In this document: positions 45,816 through 54,784 of the stretch, piece after piece
Numbering within the stretch: the first letter of the stretch is position 1
Layout: every line of letters begins with the position of its first letter
IMG/VR virus record: IMGVR_UViG_3300008262_000040
Length of the DNA stretch: 64,000 bases
DNA from: a virus
Direction: 5' to 3' (one strand)
Translations under genes and position numbers: made by a program
Notes under the pieces: generated by a model
The model's database searches: none
Told to the model about the DNA's origin: nothing
The model's input: the letters and a program-made list of their open reading frames with translations, nothing else

Positions 45816-47477
45816 TTAAAATGATGTTGCTAGTCCTCTAAGAATGAACGATCCAGTTATTTTAAACGGCTTATCGTATATGCTTTTATCACGTATTACC
45901 ACACCCTCTTGCTGATCTACTGCTCCCAATGGGCTTTCCATAGCTTTCAACACCGAATCTCCGAGTTGCATGGTCGCTAGATATGTAACGAAACCGTCTA
46001 TAGCGCTCTTATACTCGTTCTTGTCAGCTACTAGTTGGTCCAAAGGCGTTCCGTTCTTTATTGCTACGAACACTTGCTTGCTTAGAGCGTCAACTTTCTT
46101 ACCGTCTTTTAAAGTTATCTTTACGTCTTTTGGTATCTTTGTACTTTTTAACCAGTCCTTTAGGCTCTTTGTTTCTTTCTTGTTCTTTGTGTAGAATACT
46201 GTGTAAGATTTTGACAGTTCGCTTGAAAAATTGGGCTCTTTATCTATGGTAGCAGGTATAGAACCGTATATTTCGAAGTCGTACTCCTTAGCTACTGGCG
46301 CCATCTTCTTTATCATTGACTCCAAAGCTTTTTTGTCGTACGATATCTCTTTTGCTGCTCTACGTTTTTCTGTGACTTGCTGTATCTCTAACAGACCGTG
46401 AATGGCCAAGAAGTTTTTACCGTAGTCCTGAACGTTTGTTTTGCCTGATACGTACTCTATGTTTAATAGTATGTTTGGATTGTCAAGTAAACCAAGCTTT
46501 GAGAGCTCTGATTGTATCCTTGGCAAAGACTCATTGAATATGTCTAGTACTTCTCCGCCTATTTTTACCATACCGTGGCCAGGAGCGAACCTATCTTCTA
46601 AGTCTGCTTTGGTTATTCCTTTTACGTCAAGAGGCTTGTTAGAACCTCTGTCCATAACGAACTGTTTTTTGCCGTCCAAGTCAACCAACCTAACAGACGC
46701 GTTAACTCCATCTATCTTTACTGACGCTGGGTTCTTCTGTAGCGACTTTACTGCGTATATGAATGTCTTAACTAGATCGTTACCGGTGTTAACTGTTGGT
46801 AGATCGAACGGGTGAGCCATGTGACCACCAGTTCCACCCTCTACAAGTAAATTTACCAAAGAAATTGAACTCTCTTTCATTGATGTATCAGTTTTTTTTT
46901 CGAACTTGGATTTTATCATCTTCTCTATCTTAGGATCGTACCAACCAAATATGCTTTTGAACTGATCTGGAGTAGATTTTGGGTTAGATAGTACTGAACG
47001 TATGCTTGTGCCGCTCATCTCTTGTCCATCTGGGGTTTTAAGAGATACATGAGGAGCTACTATAAGGTAACCGTGTTTAGTAAATGGCTGTAGTGGTTTG
47101 CCTTCTTCGTATTTTTTGAAGTACCCAGGAGTTCCGTCTTTCTTCAATCCTATTTTGAACCTAGGGTCTTCTTCCATGTCTTTCTTACCCACCATAAACA
47201 CAAGTGCCGTTGTATCTGGATCGTATTTTGCTGTAACCTCTTCGGCTTTGTATGGGTTTTTTACCTGAGCTATGCTGTCTCCAAAGCCGTATTTTGTTGC
47301 TATGGCTTTCTTTTCTTGGAAATTTAACGGACTCTTAGGCATTTCTACCTTGTCGGAAGTAACAATGTACGTGTTTTCCTTTCCAAATTTGTCTTGAAGC
47401 CACTTAAATGTAGCTGCGTGGTGTCTTCCCATGGGTTGAAACCTTCCAGGATACACAGCTATTACTTTATTTACCAT
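45816..47477 (-). CDS. fusion of a HIGH-family (cytidylyltransferase/NMNAT-like) domain and an ATP-dependent ligase-like nucleotidyltransferase domain
   Basis: YPGRFQPMGRHH...MSGTSIR; then GHMAHPFDL...SVKIDGVN...EGVVIR...FKITGSF (ligase motifs I, IV and V). Confidence 0.65.
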   Translation of the reverse strand: MVNKVIAVYPGRFQPMGRHHAATFKWLQDKFGKENTYIVTSDKVEMPKSPLNFQEKKAIATKYGFGDSIAQVKNPYKAEEVTAKYDPDTTALVFMVGKKDMEEDPRFKIGLKKDGTPGYFKKYEEGKPLQPFTKHGYLIVAPHVSLKTPDGQEMSGTSIRSVLSNPKSTPDQFKSIFGWYDPKIEKMIKSKFEKKTDTSMKESSISLVNLLVEGGTGGHMAHPFDLPTVNTGNDLVKTFIYAVKSLQKNPASVKIDGVNASVRLVDLDGKKQFVMDRGSNKPLDVKGITKADLEDRFAPGHGMVKIGGEVLDIFNESLPRIQSELSKLGLLDNPNILLNIEYVSGKTNVQDYGKNFLAIHGLLEIQQVTEKRRAAKEISYDKKALESMIKKMAPVAKEYDFEIYGSIPATIDKEPNFSSELSKSYTVFYTKNKKETKSLKDWLKSTKIPKDVKITLKDGKKVDALSKQVFVAIKNGTPLDQLVADKNEYKSAIDGFVTYLATMQLGDSVLKAMESPLGAVDQQEGVVIRDKSIYDKPFKITGSFILRGLATSF

Positions 47478-47492
47478 ACCAATAAATATGCG

Positions 47493-50400
47493 TTAAGAAT
47501 GCTTTACATTTGACCTTCCACTTACTTTGTTTACCTCTATGTGCGAATCTACTATGTCCCTCATCGAATCTATGTGCGATATAATCATGATGAACTTAAA
47601 CTGTGTCTTCAAATAATCGAACAACATTGCCATTGAGCTTAGATTTGACTTGTCTAGAGCACCAAAGCCCTCGTCTATAGCCATAAAATTGGGTCTAGGT
47701 AAAGTAGATATGCCTATCAAAGACGTTCTTATAGCCAAAGAAGAAACAAACTTCTCCATTCCTGATGTAAGTTCTATCGGCCAGAACTTGTCTTCGCTAT
47801 AGGCTATGTACGCATTAACATTTTTATCGTCAGTTTGTAGTACTATCCTAAAGTCTACTAGCTGGGATAGAATGTTATTGACCTCCTCTTCTACCTGAGG
47901 TATTGTTATAGCTATAAGATCGTGTGGTATACCGTCCCTATGAGTTGCTTCAAGGTAATACTGGTAGTGTAGGTATTGGCTTTCGTACTCCGTCTGTTCT
48001 TCTACGTTCTTTTTGGTATCTTCTATCGATGCAGTGAGCACAGACACCTTACTATTGTAATCAGATATCGATTTGTCTATCTTTGACAGCTCGTCGTCTA
48101 TTGACTTGAGCTCTGATTTAGTCTTGTCTAGCTGTTCGTTTATTTTCTTGTTGTTTTCTATGACTTTCAAAGACTTTTGTCTATCATCCAGCTTTTGTTT
48201 TATCTTCTGTATGCCAGTCTTAAGCTTTTCTATGTTTTCGTTGACAGTTACCAATTGTTTTTGATTGTCTAAGTCAGCTTTTGTGTGATCGTTTAACAGT
48301 TTCTTTAAACTACTTAACTGTTTCTTTTTATTGTCTAAGTCTTTGTACGCATTAAGCTTATCTTCTATTTCGCCTATTTTATTTTTTATCGAATCGATGG
48401 CTTGTAAATCGTCCTCGAGCTCTTTCTTAGTGTTAATAGCGTCTTTTACAAACACATTATTCATACAATAGGAACAGTTTGGATCGTATTCAAGCTCTTT
48501 TAGGTTATCCATCTTCTTATTCTTGTGAAAAACATCGCTCTCTAGCTTCTTTAGATCAAGCCTAAGTTCGTTGTACTGCTTCTCTACGCTCTGTTTTTGT
48601 TTGTCTAACTGATCCAACTGCGCTTCGTCTATGGCATCTATCTGTTGTTTTACGCTATCTATATCGTTTTTTATTTTATCAGCCTTATTTTCTATGCCTT
48701 GTTTTGATATTTGAGTGTCTGATAGTATTGACTCTGCTTCTGACAGCTTATCGTTCAACAGTTTTTCATCAATTATGGACTCATCGACGTCTTGTAGCTT
48801 TGTTGCTAGGTCTATGCACTTTTCAGATAGCTCGTTTCTTCTTTTTACTACCCTATTTTTCTCCTCTGTTACGTCTTCAAGATAAGACTTAGTACTATCA
48901 AGATCAGTCTGCTTTTGGTATAGGTCTTCTTCGTAATTATTCTTTTGGTGGTGTCTAACTATCGCCATTGTCTCCTTCGTGCTTTCGCTAGCAACGTTGT
49001 GCATCTCTTCGAATACGCCTATGTCCAAGAATTGAGACAACAAGTCTTTTCTATCCTTCTGATTCATGTCTATAAAGCCAGTGTTGTTGCTTTGGGTAGA
49101 CAATGTGGTCAACACAAAGTCTTCGTAGCTTCCCAGAAGGTTCTTTATATTGTTGTTTGTATCGCTTCTCTCTTTACCGTTCAAAGAAACTTTGTTGCCT
49201 TCAGAATCTAAATGATAAAAGTCTACCTCAACTCGTACGTTTCCGTTCTTTTGTCTCCTTGCGTTACGTTCGATGAAGTAATCTATGCCGTTTAGCTCAA
49301 ACTCAAGCTTACAATAAAACGTATTAGAGCTACTGTTCATGACTTGGTGACCCCTGTTGCTCTTTGTACACTTATCAAATATGCAATAGGTTATGGCGTC
49401 TAGTAAAGTAGACTTACCGCTAGCGTTTGGAGCAAATATACCATAGGTACCTTCCATCTTCACGAAGTCTATGTGATTGTCTTTACCGTAACTGAACATG
49501 TTCTCGAACTCGAAGCGCTTTGGTAGCCACATGCTGTTTCTAGGCACTTCGTTTTTGATCAATTGTGCGTTTACTCTATCGTTTATCTCGTAGACCTTAG
49601 CCATAGACTTGTCGTCAAGCTTGTATTTACTGTGTAGATAGTTGTAAAGTAGCGATCTCTGCTTAGTTATGGACCTAAAATCGGTATTTTTAATGTTGTT
49701 CGCGCTGTTTTCTCTATTGAAAGAGTCGTGTAAGCGTTGGAAAGACAACTCTATTACGTTGTAGTCGCGCTTTATTTCGTTGACTATGCTCTTTATGGTA
49801 GATTGATCAGTGTTTTTGTACTTTATTCTAAGATATAGGTTCTTTTGAAGATCGCTTGGAAGCTTCTCGTAAAGTCCGTTATTGACTTCTATCGTAAAGA
49901 AAGCAGTATCGTTCTCTATTTTTAGGTACTCTGCAGATCTGCTATCTACACTCCACACGAGGATACCGTGATCGCGTTCTTCTCCGTGATTCTGTTGTAT
50001 TAAAGATCCTGGGTAGGCTATTGTCTTGCTTTCGTTTAGGTACTGAAGCTTGTGTATGTCTCCAAGCAATACCATATCGAAGCCATCAAACATCTCAGCT
50101 TTCATTGAATCGCTGTGCAATACGTATCCGGCTTCGGTTGTAGAGTTGTTTACCAATCCATGAAACAATGCTATGTTTACGTACCCGTCTTCTTCCTTAA
50201 CGCTTGGGTACTTAGCCTTATCGTCGAATACAGACCAATGATAGAACCTACAGTTAGCTATTTGAAGCACACCAGAGCTCTTGAAATACTCCAGGTTATC
50301 GCTGTTTATCGCGTTAACTATAGGAGTCAAAGAATCCATACGATTTACGTTGTTCAGATTCGTGTCGTGATTGCCAGGTATCATCAATACCTTAGATATA

Positions 50401-50654
50401 GAGCATAAGTTCTTCAAAAAGTCTTGTACCTCTTGAAAAAGCTCAGGGCTAACGTCTGTTTTAGAGTGCACTATGTCGCCAGTTAAACAAACTATGTCAT
50501 TCTCAGTGATCTTAGATCTTAACTCAGTGTAAAGGTTATCAAAAACCCTTCGATACTCGTCTTGTCTCTTGTAATTTCTTATGTGGATGTCGCTAACGTG
50601 ATAGATTTTGTCTATCTTATCTATATTCCACTTCGATTTCTTTACCTTACTCAT
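47493..50654 (-). CDS. fused SbcD/Mre11 (gp47-like) nuclease and SbcC/Rad50 (gp46-like) ATPase
   Basis: SDIH, GDIVH, PGNHD, LGDIH phosphoesterase motifs; Walker A APNASGKST; CSYC hook within the coiled coil; TSGME signature; IDEGFG; ISH. Confidence 0.9.
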   Translation of the reverse strand: MSKVKKSKWNIDKIDKIYHVSDIHIRNYKRQDEYRRVFDNLYTELRSKITENDIVCLTGDIVHSKTDVSPELFQEVQDFLKNLCSISKVLMIPGNHDTNLNNVNRMDSLTPIVNAINSDNLEYFKSSGVLQIANCRFYHWSVFDDKAKYPSVKEEDGYVNIALFHGLVNNSTTEAGYVLHSDSMKAEMFDGFDMVLLGDIHKLQYLNESKTIAYPGSLIQQNHGEERDHGILVWSVDSRSAEYLKIENDTAFFTIEVNNGLYEKLPSDLQKNLYLRIKYKNTDQSTIKSIVNEIKRDYNVIELSFQRLHDSFNRENSANNIKNTDFRSITKQRSLLYNYLHSKYKLDDKSMAKVYEINDRVNAQLIKNEVPRNSMWLPKRFEFENMFSYGKDNHIDFVKMEGTYGIFAPNASGKSTLLDAITYCIFDKCTKSNRGHQVMNSSSNTFYCKLEFELNGIDYFIERNARRQKNGNVRVEVDFYHLDSEGNKVSLNGKERSDTNNNIKNLLGSYEDFVLTTLSTQSNNTGFIDMNQKDRKDLLSQFLDIGVFEEMHNVASESTKETMAIVRHHQKNNYEEDLYQKQTDLDSTKSYLEDVTEEKNRVVKRRNELSEKCIDLATKLQDVDESIIDEKLLNDKLSEAESILSDTQISKQGIENKADKIKNDIDSVKQQIDAIDEAQLDQLDKQKQSVEKQYNELRLDLKKLESDVFHKNKKMDNLKELEYDPNCSYCMNNVFVKDAINTKKELEDDLQAIDSIKNKIGEIEDKLNAYKDLDNKKKQLSSLKKLLNDHTKADLDNQKQLVTVNENIEKLKTGIQKIKQKLDDRQKSLKVIENNKKINEQLDKTKSELKSIDDELSKIDKSISDYNSKVSVLTASIEDTKKNVEEQTEYESQYLHYQYYLEATHRDGIPHDLIAITIPQVEEEVNNILSQLVDFRIVLQTDDKNVNAYIAYSEDKFWPIELTSGMEKFVSSLAIRTSLIGISTLPRPNFMAIDEGFGALDKSNLSSMAMLFDYLKTQFKFIMIISHIDSMRDIVDSHIEVNKVSGRSNVKHS

Positions 50655-51634
50655 ATCTTTGCTAGTATCATTTGCATTTTTTTGTAAAATAGATCCTCTT
50701 GCTTGACAGGTTTGGCTTTCTGTAGTAGTTTAACCATGTCTTTAAAACCTATCACAGACGGATCTTTGTCTTCTAGATCTATTTGGTATACCTCTTTTCC
50801 GTAGTTCACGAGCTGTTCGACGTAGTCCATGGCTTGCTTTACGGCGTCTTTATCCAACGCTATGTATACAGTCTTAACTTCGGATTCTACTAACTTCTTC
50901 ATTAGTCTCTTTGATATAGTCTTACCAAAAAGCGGGATAGCGTTACGTTTTATTGCCATTGCGTCAAATACACCTTCGCATAACACCACGGGTACGTTCC
51001 AATTAATATAGTACTCAAAACCTATGATCTCGCTCTTGTTCACACTTGGCGCATCGTAAGCCCGTTTCTCCTTGAGCATTATAGATCTTGCAACAAAGTA
51101 ATTAAGCTTACCATCCACATCGTAAGAGGGCACGATTATCCTGTTCCTATATTTACCAGTCTCACAGAAGCCGATACGATATTTCTTTATGTCTAAATCT
51201 GTCAATCCGCGTGACTTTAAATAGTTTATCGCCTTCTTACAAGCTAGGTTATTGTTGCATGAGGACAAATCTATGTACTCTTTTGGAAGTTCTACCGATT
51301 TGTTTTCTGTCTCTTCTAGGTCCTTAGCGAAAGTCTTCATGTTGTAGTAAGACCTCATCTGCTTTATCGATTCTGAGGAAGCTTTTACCTTTTTTAAGAG
51401 GCTATCTGGCTTGGAACCTTTAGTTGGAGGAGTACACGTCCAACAGTTATACTTACCAGTCTGTATGTTAACTGCCAATTTAGGCTTTCTGTGGTTACAA
51501 ACTGGACACATGAATACGTTATTGCCTTGCTTGTCAGCTTTGGATTTGCCCAAATGCTGTTCAAGTAAACCAACAACAAGCGATTGAACTTGCTTGTCAG
51601 TTATTTCAGTACTTATCTTAAAACTTTTATTCAT
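50651..51634 (-). CDS. DNA primase (zinc finger + TOPRIM)
   Basis: CPVC..H...CWTC; YLKSRG; RIIVP; CEGVFDAM; ALDKDA; KDPS. Confidence 0.9.
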   Translation of the reverse strand: MNKSFKISTEITDKQVQSLVVGLLEQHLGKSKADKQGNNVFMCPVCNHRKPKLAVNIQTGKYNCWTCTPPTKGSKPDSLLKKVKASSESIKQMRSYYNMKTFAKDLEETENKSVELPKEYIDLSSCNNNLACKKAINYLKSRGLTDLDIKKYRIGFCETGKYRNRIIVPSYDVDGKLNYFVARSIMLKEKRAYDAPSVNKSEIIGFEYYINWNVPVVLCEGVFDAMAIKRNAIPLFGKTISKRLMKKLVESEVKTVYIALDKDAVKQAMDYVEQLVNYGKEVYQIDLEDKDPSVIGFKDMVKLLQKAKPVKQEDLFYKKMQMILAKI

Positions 51635-51746
51635 AATATGTATAATAAAATTAACAAACCTTAGCGACAGGTTAAAACTATCGATGCTAGTGAGAATATA
51701 ATATTTTTTTATATCGATATTGTTTTGTATATTTACGCTGACTAAC

Positions 51747-51969
51747 GTCCAAATTCAAGTTCTATGCCGTAGCTTGGTGAGATTCCATGAGCGAGTCTTA
51801 GATTGAATGTAAATTGGACTACCAGGCGTAAAGACATCGCGTCAGGTATATAAACAGGTCGTAGACATAATACTTTGTTTAATATCGGATAGGAGCCGAC
51901 GGAAACAGCCGCTAAGGGAAATAAAGGATAAATCGAACACCAAACAAATTTCAGAACCCTTAAAAGCGG
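51747..51969 (+). ncRNA. candidate structured non-coding RNA of unknown class
   Basis: Five consecutive stems in a GC-richer intergenic stretch, downstream of a promoter-like TTTTGTATATTTAC (about 51723-51736). Confidence 0.5.
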
Positions 51970-51972
51970 GAT

Positions 51973-52167
51973 ATGCAAATAAGCGACATACTCAACATAC
52001 CAGAAAACGTAGACATACAGTACCTAAAAGATAATATATCAAAAGATCAATTATTATTAGTATATTGGTATATAGCTAACAATGAACATGAATTAACTGA
52101 TCATCAAAAATCGATTCTTTACGAAGTATTATCTCAAATAGACGATAAATTTTTAGAAGATGAATAA
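51973..52167 (+). CDS. hypothetical protein
   Basis: First ORF of the plus-strand operon; overlaps the next start. Confidence 0.6.
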   Translation: MQISDILNIPENVDIQYLKDNISKDQLLLVYWYIANNEHELTDHQKSILYEVLSQIDDKFLEDE

Positions 52168-52519
52168 ACTAATATTATACACACTTAGCACGTGTAAAAA
52201 GTGTCATAGCGTAAAAGAAGCATTAATACACGAAGGTATATATTTTGATGAAATACTTTGTGACGATGATAAAAATTCAACCAAATGCGATAATCTAGAA
52301 ATAGAAGTGGATTGTAGTTTTTATCCCATGGCAGTAATTACAAAAAAGGTTGAAAGAGATAGAGGCGGATATTATGTGTATGCTGAAGAAAAGACAATAA
52401 TTCACTTTTGCACTAAATACGATGATGTTATGATAAAAAGAAAAATAAATACTGATAACTTTGCGGTGTGTGCATTAAACACAACTGATATGTTACAATT
52501 AATAATTAAAAACAAATAA
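52160..52519 (+). CDS. glutaredoxin-like protein
   Basis: LILYTLSTCKKC..VKEAL...GIYFDEI; cis-Pro motif FYP. Confidence 0.7.
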   Translation: MNKLILYTLSTCKKCHSVKEALIHEGIYFDEILCDDDKNSTKCDNLEIEVDCSFYPMAVITKKVERDRGGYYVYAEEKTIIHFCTKYDDVMIKRKINTDNFAVCALNTTDMLQLIIKNK

Positions 52520-52520
52520 A

Positions 52521-52709
52521 ATGAGATACAAACAATTGATCCAAAAAAAGATCACAGAACTAAAGAATCAAATTCATTCCCAAAACGCTAGTATTTCCCA
52601 GCTTAGACCACCAGATGAGCTAAGAGAACAATTACAGAGAATGCTTGATAAGATTCAAGAGATAGATGTTCTAATAAATACAGAGCACGATACTCCTATT
52701 CCATACTAA
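52521..52709 (+). CDS. small coiled-coil protein
   Basis: Tightly packed ORF within the operon. Confidence 0.6.
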   Translation: MRYKQLIQKKITELKNQIHSQNASISQLRPPDELREQLQRMLDKIQEIDVLINTEHDTPIPY

Positions 52710-52724
52710 AAACAATAAACAGTT

Positions 52725-53375
52725 ATGCAAACACAAAAACAAAAACAGTTGAGCGAAGAGCAAATAACGATTAACATAGCTCGTTTTTATGAACTGATAG
52801 ATAAGTATATAGAAGCGCCTAGGAAAGATGATCTTACTAGGTTTTATATGTCTATAGAGTTAGCATTAGCAACTAGCCCAGCCTCTTCTAAAATATCACA
52901 TCATAATTGTTTTCCAGGTGGTTATCTAGACCATGTTATTAGAGTTACAGAAGCTGCATTAGTATTAAATAATGTATGGGATAAGTTTGGTCAAAAGAAA
53001 GATTACACTATTGACGAATTGGTATTCTGCGCTATCAATCACGATCTAGGAAAACTTGGTACTAACGATAAACCATTCTACGTACCAAATACAGAAGCTT
53101 GGCAAATAGAGAAACAGGGCGTTTATTATAAGTACAATACTGAAATGCCTCACATGAGAATAGCTGATAGAAGTTTATTTTATCTACAACAAGCTGGAAT
53201 TAAGATTAACGAAAAAGAATTTCTTGCCATTAAGCTTCACGATGGTCTTTATGAAGAGTCTAATAAATCTTATTATATTACTTACAACTCTGATTACGAA
53301 ATAAAATCAAATTTACCTTACATACTCCACCAAGCCGATCTAATGGCTAGCAGAGTAGAAACCCAAATCAATTAA
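52725..53375 (+). CDS. HD-domain phosphohydrolase
   Basis: PAS...HH..FPGGYLDH...HDLGK...HDG...LHQAD. Confidence 0.85.
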   Translation: MQTQKQKQLSEEQITINIARFYELIDKYIEAPRKDDLTRFYMSIELALATSPASSKISHHNCFPGGYLDHVIRVTEAALVLNNVWDKFGQKKDYTIDELVFCAINHDLGKLGTNDKPFYVPNTEAWQIEKQGVYYKYNTEMPHMRIADRSLFYLQQAGIKINEKEFLAIKLHDGLYEESNKSYYITYNSDYEIKSNLPYILHQADLMASRVETQIN

Positions 53376-53376
53376 C

Positions 53377-53646
53377 ATGACAACAATAATAATTTCAGTA
53401 TCCATTTGGATAGCTAGCATTTTAGGTTGGATACTATTCAATCTATACAATAAGAATAAAAAGCTAGAAAATATGGTAATAAACCAATCAGACTTCATAA
53501 ACACAATGAAAGTCAATATTAGACAATTCGACGAATTAGCTAATAAGATAGACTCCCAGATCTGGGTACAATCAGATCCCGAGTTCTTGGCGCTTTTCGA
53601 AAAAGTAAAAGAGATTCAATCAAGCTTACAAACCTACGTAGATTAA
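53377..53646 (+). CDS. single-TM membrane protein
   Basis: N-terminal hydrophobic helix followed by a coiled coil. Confidence 0.6.
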   Translation: MTTIIISVSIWIASILGWILFNLYNKNKKLENMVINQSDFINTMKVNIRQFDELANKIDSQIWVQSDPEFLALFEKVKEIQSSLQTYVD

Positions 53647-53650
53647 TAGC

Positions 53651-54409
53651 ATGGAAACACATCTAATGGACGTTGTACAAGACCAAGTACTCTTAACAAA
53701 GAAGGGAGAGGTTAGAAAGAGAAAGCCAAAGAAGAGTAACGACTACTTTACAGAAGAGACTCAAGCTGCTATATTGCAATTTAGAGCTAGTAAAAATCAA
53801 GACGAACGCGATAAGCTTTACAGAGAAAAGATACACTATGCTCTTTATAAATTGGCAGAGAATATAATTCACACATTTAAGTTCTACTATTTAGACTCTG
53901 AATCAATAGAGGATTTAAAGTATGAAATAATATCTTTCTTATTACAAAAAATAGATTTGTACGATGAAAGTAAAGGTAAAGCTTATTCTTACTTCGGTAC
54001 AATTGTAAAACGCTATTTGATAGTTTACAACAAAAAGAACTACGCAAATAAAGTGGGAAAAGTAGAGGTATCAGACATAGACAATGATAATAATACCATA
54101 GATAGTCTTATATATAACCAATTTGATGATACACCAGATGTAAGTGTAATCATGGAAGCATTTATTAAAAAGCTAGATTTAGAAATTTTTGATATGTTTC
54201 AAAACGAAAACGATCTTAGGGTTGCTGTTTGCATACTAGAAATATTCAAAAAGAGCGATAAATTAGAGTTATTTAATAAGAAACTTATATACATTTACGT
54301 AAAAGAAATGGTAGATGCTCCAACAAATTCAATAACTAGGGTAATAAAACGCTTAAAGGGGGTTTATAAACAGGTATTAGAAGACCATTTGAGAAAATTG
54401 GACTACTAG
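53651..54409 (+). CDS. RNA polymerase sigma factor (T4 gp55-like late sigma)
   Basis: YALYKLAENII...EDLKYEII..LL.KI..YD...GKAYSYFGTIVKRYLI resembles sigma region 2 of gp55-type factors. Confidence 0.65.
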   Translation: METHLMDVVQDQVLLTKKGEVRKRKPKKSNDYFTEETQAAILQFRASKNQDERDKLYREKIHYALYKLAENIIHTFKFYYLDSESIEDLKYEIISFLLQKIDLYDESKGKAYSYFGTIVKRYLIVYNKKNYANKVGKVEVSDIDNDNNTIDSLIYNQFDDTPDVSVIMEAFIKKLDLEIFDMFQNENDLRVAVCILEIFKKSDKLELFNKKLIYIYVKEMVDAPTNSITRVIKRLKGVYKQVLEDHLRKLDY

Positions 54410-54418
54410 ATATTTATA
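54410..54418 (+). promoter_or_regulatory. putative late promoter ATATTTATA
   Basis: 9 nt upstream of the ATG at 54428; orientation flips with the gene strand. Confidence 0.75.
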
Positions 54419-54427
54419 AAAAAGCTC

Positions 54428-54784
54428 ATGGAACTAGAAAAAGAAGTATTCTCTGGTAAAAAGATCTCCGATCTTATACAAGAAGTGTATGATAAACAGA
54501 AAGGTCAAGAAGAAGCTTTAAAAGAGCAAATAGAACGATTATCAAGCTATATAGAGGGACCAGGTGACGCTATAGTTATGATTCCTCACATTAAAGATCT
54601 ATTCGATACAAATGTAAAGAATAACGATGTTTTATTGAAAATATTACAACTATTTAAGCAGAGCGAAAGCAAAAAACAACAAGATTCTAGCGAAGACATA
54701 CTTTCTGAAAAGGACATACAACAGCTTTTTGATGAAGTTCATTCCATAGGAGTAAATAAAGATCAGAAAAAAATAGGCGAGTAA
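54428..54784 (+). CDS. late protein, possibly terminase small subunit
   Basis: Small helical-hairpin-like protein behind an ATATTTAT motif. The TerS call is an architecture guess only. Confidence 0.3.
   Translation: MELEKEVFSGKKISDLIQEVYDKQKGQEEALKEQIERLSSYIEGPGDAIVMIPHIKDLFDTNVKNNDVLLKILQLFKQSESKKQQDSSEDILSEKDIQQLFDEVHSIGVNKDQKKIGE

Noticed and set aside
403-50408. Numerous plus-strand ORFs of 60-170 aa in the ORF track
   Set aside because: They lie antisense to well-supported minus-strand genes and have no recognisable motifs (shadow ORFs).
51742-51978. 78-aa minus-strand ORF
   Set aside because: No motifs and atypical composition; the region is better explained as a structured plus-strand RNA.
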